Under the pieces are notes generated by a model, which was not told the origin of the DNA, did no database searches, and was given only the letters and a program-made list of their open reading frames with translations. Below, piece by piece: positions 59,807 through 64,000 of a stretch of 64,000 nucleotides of DNA. Source of the DNA: Solirubrobacteraceae bacterium (GTDB lineage Bacteria; Actinomycetota; Thermoleophilia; Solirubrobacterales; Solirubrobacteraceae); assembly GCA_041687955.1 (NCBI GenBank), contig JBDNJF010000033.1:5696-69695 (forward strand), in the 5' to 3' direction. The stretch's first letter is position 1. Every line of letters begins with the position of its first letter. A program made the position numbers and the translations under genes.

Positions 59807-61453
59807 CTAAGCAAGGTTCGATTTGCGTGGGTAGATCACGTCAGGATCCTGCAGCACATTTACTAGCGCCGGCAGGCCGGACGCAAATGCGCGCTCCAGC
59901 GCGGGGCGCAGGTCGGCTGGCTTTTCGACCAGTTCGCCATAGCCGCCGAGCGTCGTGACGATCTCGTCGTAGCGCGTGCCCGGCCGTAGCTCAGCGGCGA
60001 CCGAGTAGCCGTAAAGGAACTCCATCGGGTGCTTCTCGAGCGCCCAAATGCCGTTGTTACCCATCACCCCGACGACGTTGACGCCGTGGCGGGCAAGCGT
60101 GTCGAACTCCATTCCGCCGAACCCGAATGCGCCGTCACCAACGATTAAAACGACCTGGCGATCGGGAAAGGCGAGCTTCGCGGCCAGCGCGTAACCGGTG
60201 CCTGAGCCGAGGCAGCCGAACGGGCCGGGGTCGAGCCAGCAGCCTGGCTCATAGGAGTTGATCATCTTGCCGGCGTAGGAGACAAAGTCGCCGCCGTCGC
60301 CGATCACTATCGCGTCGCGATCAAGGAACTGGTTGAGCTCGTGGTAGATCCGCATCGGGTGCAGCGGCGCTCGGTCATCTTCGAGCTCCGGCAGCTCGGC
60401 GGCGCGCTTCTCGTCTTCGACCTCGCGCAGCTTTGTAACCCAAGCGCCGGTCGCGTCCTCAAGGCCGGCGGTGCCTTCGCGCAGCGCAGCGAGCGTCGCG
60501 GCCACGCCTCCGTAACACTCGGCTGCGACCTCGCGCGGGTTTGGGCGCAGCGGCTCGGCGCGGTCAACGACGATCAGCTTCGTCGCTTCGCCAAATGAGC
60601 CGCCAAAGCCAAGTCGGAAGTCCATCGGTACGCCGATCACCAGCGCGACGTCGGCCTCCTGCAGCGCTTGCCCGCGCGCGCGGGCGAAGAAAAGTTCGTG
60701 GTCGGCTGGCACGCAGCCTCGCGCCAGCCCGTTGAGGAAGACCGGGATCTGCCGCTCGTTAACAAGCTCCAGCAGCGCGTCCTCGCCGTGGCCCCACCAG
60801 AGGTTTGTGCCGGCCATGATCACCGGGCGTTCAGCGCCAGCAAGCAGCGCGATCGCCTCGTCAACACCGCTTGTTGCTGCTGGCTCAGCGGAGAAGTCAG
60901 GCAGTGGCGGCGGCGGCGACTCTTCACCTTCCGAGAAGACGACGTCGAGCGGAAAGTCAATGAAGGTCGGGCCGGAGTGCGGCGTCAGCGCCGCCGTTAG
61001 CGCATCGTCGATCAGTCCGGGGATTGCCTCTGGGCTCTCGGCGGTGGCGGCGAACTTTGTCAGCGGAGCGACAAACGGGATGTGGTCGATCTCCTGCAGT
61101 GAACCCATCCCCCAGCGCAGCGCCGGCGCGCGGCCACCCAAAACCATGATCGGTGATTGATTCTGCAGCGCCGAACCAATCGCACTGAGGCCGTTAGTTA
61201 CGCCCGGGCCCGCCGTGAGAGCGGCGACGCCAGGCTGGCGTGTGACCTTCGCCCAGCCTTCAGCAGCGAATGTCGCGGCCTGCTCGTGGCGCGTGTCGAC
61301 GATCTCAATTCCTTCATCGCGGCAGCCGTCGTAGATTGAGAAGAGGTGACCGCCAGAGAGCGAGAACAGCTTCGAAACTCCGTACTGCTTGAGCCGCCGC
61401 GCTACAAGACGGCCGCCGTGGAAGGTTGTCGTTGGGCCAGCTTCAGTTTCCAT
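59807..61453 (-). CDS. thiamine-diphosphate-dependent enzyme (acetolactate-synthase large-subunit-like)
   Basis: [12 protein letters not shown], the TPP-binding motif [30 protein letters not shown]. Confidence 0.85.
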   Translation of the reverse strand: METEAGPTTTFHGGRLVARRLKQYGVSKLFSLSGGHLFSIYDGCRDEGIEIVDTRHEQAATFAAEGWAKVTRQPGVAALTAGPGVTNGLSAIGSALQNQSPIMVLGGRAPALRWGMGSLQEIDHIPFVAPLTKFAATAESPEAIPGLIDDALTAALTPHSGPTFIDFPLDVVFSEGEESPPPPLPDFSAEPAATSGVDEAIALLAGAERPVIMAGTNLWWGHGEDALLELVNERQIPVFLNGLARGCVPADHELFFARARGQALQEADVALVIGVPMDFRLGFGGSFGEATKLIVVDRAEPLRPNPREVAAECYGGVAATLAALREGTAGLEDATGAWVTKLREVEDEKRAAELPELEDDRAPLHPMRIYHELNQFLDRDAIVIGDGGDFVSYAGKMINSYEPGCWLDPGPFGCLGSGTGYALAAKLAFPDRQVVLIVGDGAFGFGGMEFDTLARHGVNVVGVMGNNGIWALEKHPMEFLYGYSVAAELRPGTRYDEIVTTLGGYGELVEKPADLRPALERAFASGLPALVNVLQDPDVIYPRKSNLA

Positions 61454-61514
61454 CGCGCAACCCTAGCGGCGATCGTGAACTCTGCGGCGCCCGCATCGGC
61501 GCCTTGCGTGGGGT

Positions 61515-61675
61515 CAACTCGCTACTCTCTGCAGGGTTAAAGACCAGCCGAGTCGCGGGCGCCCAGCGTGGCCGCGAGCGGGGGAACCAAGTTGTTGGGG
61601 CTAAGCGCTCGCAGTTCGGAGCGCCGCGCAGACTCTTAAAGCGCGCGCCCGTCAGCTCACCTCGTAGGCACAAAC
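61515..61675 (+). promoter_or_regulatory. cyclic-di-AMP riboswitch (ydaO/yuaA motif), second copy
   Basis: The plus-strand leader has CUCGCUAC..UUAAAGACCAGCCGAGUC..GAGCGGGGGAACCAAG..GGGGCUAAGC..CCCGUCAGCUCACCUCGUAGGCA. These blocks are collinear with the copy at 16593-16765 and with the ydaO consensus as I remember it. It ends about 20 nt before the M23 peptidase start. Confidence 0.7.
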
Positions 61676-61693
61676 AAGAGTGGTCAGCGGTTC

Positions 61694-62830
61694 GTGCCAG
61701 TGATAAGACGATTAACTTCCCCCCTGCTCCGCAGCGGCCTAACGGGCTTAATGGCGCTGCTTGCTTTCGCTGCCCCGGTCGCGCTCGGTGCAAGTGGGCC
61801 CGGCGGCGCAGAGGTTCCTGGCCAAGCCGTGGTGGCCTCGGTTTCCTGCCCGCTGCAGCCAGCCAATAGCTGCGCGCGCGGCCAACTGATGACGATCAGC
61901 GGCAGCAACCTGCAGAGCGCCCAGCAGGTCACATTCGTCGGCTCGGGCAGCAGCCGTGACAACATAGTCGTCAAGCTCTCGGCTCGATCCGCAGAACCGA
62001 ACACGATTAGCGTCACCGTTCCCAGCCGAGCGAAGAGCGGCGCGATCCGCGTAAGCGGTTTGATCGGCGTGGCGGCGCTATCGCCGTCATCACTAAGGAT
62101 CGTCACTGGGCTGCCAGCAACTGACGAGGCCGGCAATTCAAAGCAGCTGATCGCGGGCGGCAAGCGCGAAGCGCGTTTCAGCTATCGCGTGGCTAGTCTC
62201 GCCGCGGCCGGGGCTCGCGTCGAGGCCGTTAGCGCTACCACCGGCAAACTGGTGCGCAGTTGGCCGTTGGTGCGATCTGGCGACGGAGAAGTTCGCTGGG
62301 ACGGGTTCGCCAATGGGGAGCCGGTCAAGAGTGGAATCTACGTGATCCGTCTGAGCCAACCAGCTGCAGCCGCCGCTACAACGAAGCCCGGCAGCGACAC
62401 GCAGTTCGAGATGCTTGAAGGCTTCTTCCCGATTCGCGGGGCCCATACCCTTGCCGCGAGCGAAATGCAGCGCTTCGGCGGCCCTCGTGGCCACCAAGGT
62501 AGTGACCATTTTGCCAAGTGCGGCACGCCGCTGGCAGCGTGGACAAGCGGGGTTGTGCAGTTCAACTCTAACCAAGGCGCCGCCGGCAACTACGTCGTCG
62601 TGCAGCGCGCCAACGGCGAGTCCTACGCCTATATGCACATGCTCAAGCGCTCGACCGCGAAGGTCGGTTCGAAGGTCTTTGCCGGTCAGCGGCTGGGGCA
62701 GGTGAGCGACAGCGGGCGCGCCAGCGGATGCCACCTTCACATCGAACTTTGGACCGCACCAGGCTGGTACAAAGGTGGCAAGCCATACGATTCGCTGCCG
62801 TTGATGAAACGGCTCGACAAACTCAGCTGA
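61694..62830 (+). CDS. secreted M23-family peptidoglycan endopeptidase with Ig-like (IPT/FlgD-like) N-terminal domains
   Basis: Signal peptide. HQGSDHFAKCGTPL and HLHIELW M23 zinc-ligand motifs. GTG start. Confidence 0.8.
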   Translation: MPVIRRLTSPLLRSGLTGLMALLAFAAPVALGASGPGGAEVPGQAVVASVSCPLQPANSCARGQLMTISGSNLQSAQQVTFVGSGSSRDNIVVKLSARSAEPNTISVTVPSRAKSGAIRVSGLIGVAALSPSSLRIVTGLPATDEAGNSKQLIAGGKREARFSYRVASLAAAGARVEAVSATTGKLVRSWPLVRSGDGEVRWDGFANGEPVKSGIYVIRLSQPAAAAATTKPGSDTQFEMLEGFFPIRGAHTLAASEMQRFGGPRGHQGSDHFAKCGTPLAAWTSGVVQFNSNQGAAGNYVVVQRANGESYAYMHMLKRSTAKVGSKVFAGQRLGQVSDSGRASGCHLHIELWTAPGWYKGGKPYDSLPLMKRLDKLS

Positions 62831-62851
62831 GCTTACCTTCGCTCGCTGTCA

Positions 62852-62937
62852 TGCCCGGGAAGGGACTCGAACCCCCACGTCCCTTGCGGGACAGCCGGTT
62901 TTAAGCCAGCCGCGTCTACCGGTTCCGCCACCCGGGC
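62852..62937 (-). tRNA. tRNA-Leu (TAA)
   Basis: The minus strand reads GCCCGGGTGGCGGAACCGGTAGACGCGGCTGGCTTAAAACCGGCTGTCCCGCAAGGGACGTGGGGGTTCGAGTCCCTTCCCGGGCA. It has a 7-bp acceptor stem, a long variable arm and the anticodon loop CTTAAAA. Confidence 0.95.
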
Positions 62938-63025
62938 GGGCGCTGAAGACTAGCCTGTAAGTGTGGGTAATAGAAGCTCCAGCGGCCGAAAGAAAACGAA
63001 ACCTTTTGCCTCCAGCGGTGTTGGT

Positions 63026-64000
63026 ATGTCTGAAGAATCAATGGAAGCCTCAACAATCACACAATCCGACCTTGTAGGACTTCGCGCCCCGAGCGCGTTT
63101 TTGCGCCTCCAATCGGACGAAAAGCTGGTCTCGCTGACGCGCCGCGGCAATCAGTCGGCCTACGAGGCTTTGGTCGGGCGCTACCACGCTCGGATCCTTG
63201 GCTTCACGCGCCACATGCTCTCGTCGAAGGAAGACGCCGAGGATGTAACGCAAGAAAGCTTCGCTGCCGCCTACAGCGCCATGATCGCTGACGAGCGCGC
63301 GATTAACGTCAAGCCTTGGCTTTACCGCATCGCTCGCAACCGCTCGCTCAACCACCTGCGCCGGCAGACTGCGATCGGGGTCGATGACTTCGACCACCAC
63401 GTTGCCAACCACGGCCGCACGACGGAAGACGAGTTCAGCCAGCGCGAAGACCTGCGCCAACTGATGACCGACGTTCGCGACCTTCCTGAGTCGCAGCGCA
63501 CGGCGCTGCTGCTGCGCGAGATCGACGCGCTCTCCTACGACCAAATTGCCGAGGCAATGGAAACGACCGTGCCTAGCATTAAGTCGCTGCTGGTTCGCGC
63601 CCGCGGCGGCCTCGCTGAAGCAGCGCAGGCGCGGCAGATCTCCTGCGACGAGGTTCGAATCGAACTTGCTGAAGTGGCCGAAGGGCTAACGAAGCTCTCT
63701 CCCCCGGTTCGCCGCCACACGCGCGAATGCGAACGCTGCAAAGGTTTCCAAGCGACGCTGAAGCAGAACAACAAGGCGCTGGCGATGCTGCTGCCGATCG
63801 GGCCGCTGCTAGTTCTGAAAAAGGTTGTCCTCGCTCACCTCGGCACGACTGCCAGCGCCGGCTCGACCGCGACCGTTACCGCTGGCGGCGGGCTGCTCTC
63901 TGGCGCCGCTAGCTCGGTGGCGACGAAGGCCGCCGCTACGATGGCCGCCGCCGCGATCGTCACGACCGGCGCCGTCGAGGTAAATAAGGCTACGACAGCT
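63026..64000 (+). CDS. ECF sigma-70 factor fused in-frame to a ZAS-type anti-sigma motif and TM helix (3' end outside window)
   Basis: Hand translation from ATG 63026 gives 325 codons with no stop up to the window end. Region 2 (DAEDVTQESFAAAY, PWLYRIARNRSLNHLRR). Region 4 (LPESQRTALLLREIDALSYDQIAEAMETTVPSIKSLLVRAR). Then C-x23-HTRECERC and a hydrophobic helix ALAMLLPIGPLLVLKKVVLAHL. Absent from the ORF track, which lists only the antisense shadow at 63050-63544. Confidence 0.8.
   Translation, partial: MSEESMEASTITQSDLVGLRAPSAFLRLQSDEKLVSLTRRGNQSAYEALVGRYHARILGFTRHMLSSKEDAEDVTQESFAAAYSAMIADERAINVKPWLYRIARNRSLNHLRRQTAIGVDDFDHHVANHGRTTEDEFSQREDLRQLMTDVRDLPESQRTALLLREIDALSYDQIAEAMETTVPSIKSLLVRARGGLAEAAQARQISCDEVRIELAEVAEGLTKLSPPVRRHTRECERCKGFQATLKQNNKALAMLLPIGPLLVLKKVVLAHLGTTASAGSTATVTAGGGLLSGAASSVATKAAATMAAAAIVTTGAVEVNKATTA

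Noticed and set aside
59794-59810. Palindrome TTAGGCG-CGC-CGCCTAA containing both convergent stop codons (Ppx and the TPP enzyme)
   Set aside because: It has only a 7-bp stem, a 3-nt loop and no U-tract. That is too weak to call a terminator with any confidence.
63050-63544. Listed 164-aa minus-strand ORF
   Set aside because: It is the antisense shadow of the plus-strand ECF sigma gene. The plus frame has clear sigma region 2 and 4 motifs, and the minus product has none.

Overview
This is a dense, high-GC chromosomal core region with actinobacterial-type gene content. It holds about 65 genes and very little non-coding DNA. I see no CRISPR array, rRNA, transposase, integrase or other mobile-element signature.

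Most of the content is housekeeping:
- a moeA 3' fragment
- a photolyase operon divergent from a MerR-type regulator
- glpX, GH15-pgl and egtB-egtD (ergothioneine)
- beta-oxidation genes: a thiolase, an HSD-type SDR and four acyl-CoA dehydrogenases
- arfB
- a complete suf Fe-S operon (Rrf2-sufC-sufS-sufU-Rieske-sufB-sufD-DCC)
- a pentose-phosphate operon (rpiB-gnd-zwf-tal-pgi)
- murB
- envelope genes: two GT-C-like polytopic proteins, GT2, PAP2, an LPG-synthase-TM-like protein, and NlpC/P60 and M23 hydrolases
- an SNF2 helicase
- two tRNAs (initiator Met, Leu-UAA)
- two cyclic-di-AMP (ydaO-type) riboswitches, each in front of a peptidoglycan-hydrolase gene
- at the 3' edge, an ECF sigma factor that reads without a stop codon into a zinc anti-sigma motif (H-x3-C-x2-C) and a TM helix

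The items most worth follow-up are:
1. A hyper-acidic protein built from 14-residue repeats (52195-52674).
2. The fused ECF sigma/anti-sigma ORF.
3. An SNF2 helicase with a HARP-like N-terminus.
4. The MerR/photolyase/DUF2256 module, which includes a 48-codon ORF absent from the supplied ORF track.
5. A translationally coupled tocopherol-cyclase-like/SRPBCC pair.

I do not see a convincing multi-gene defence island or any other clearly novel system. All functional calls rest on motif recognition by eye and on gene context. No database search was run.
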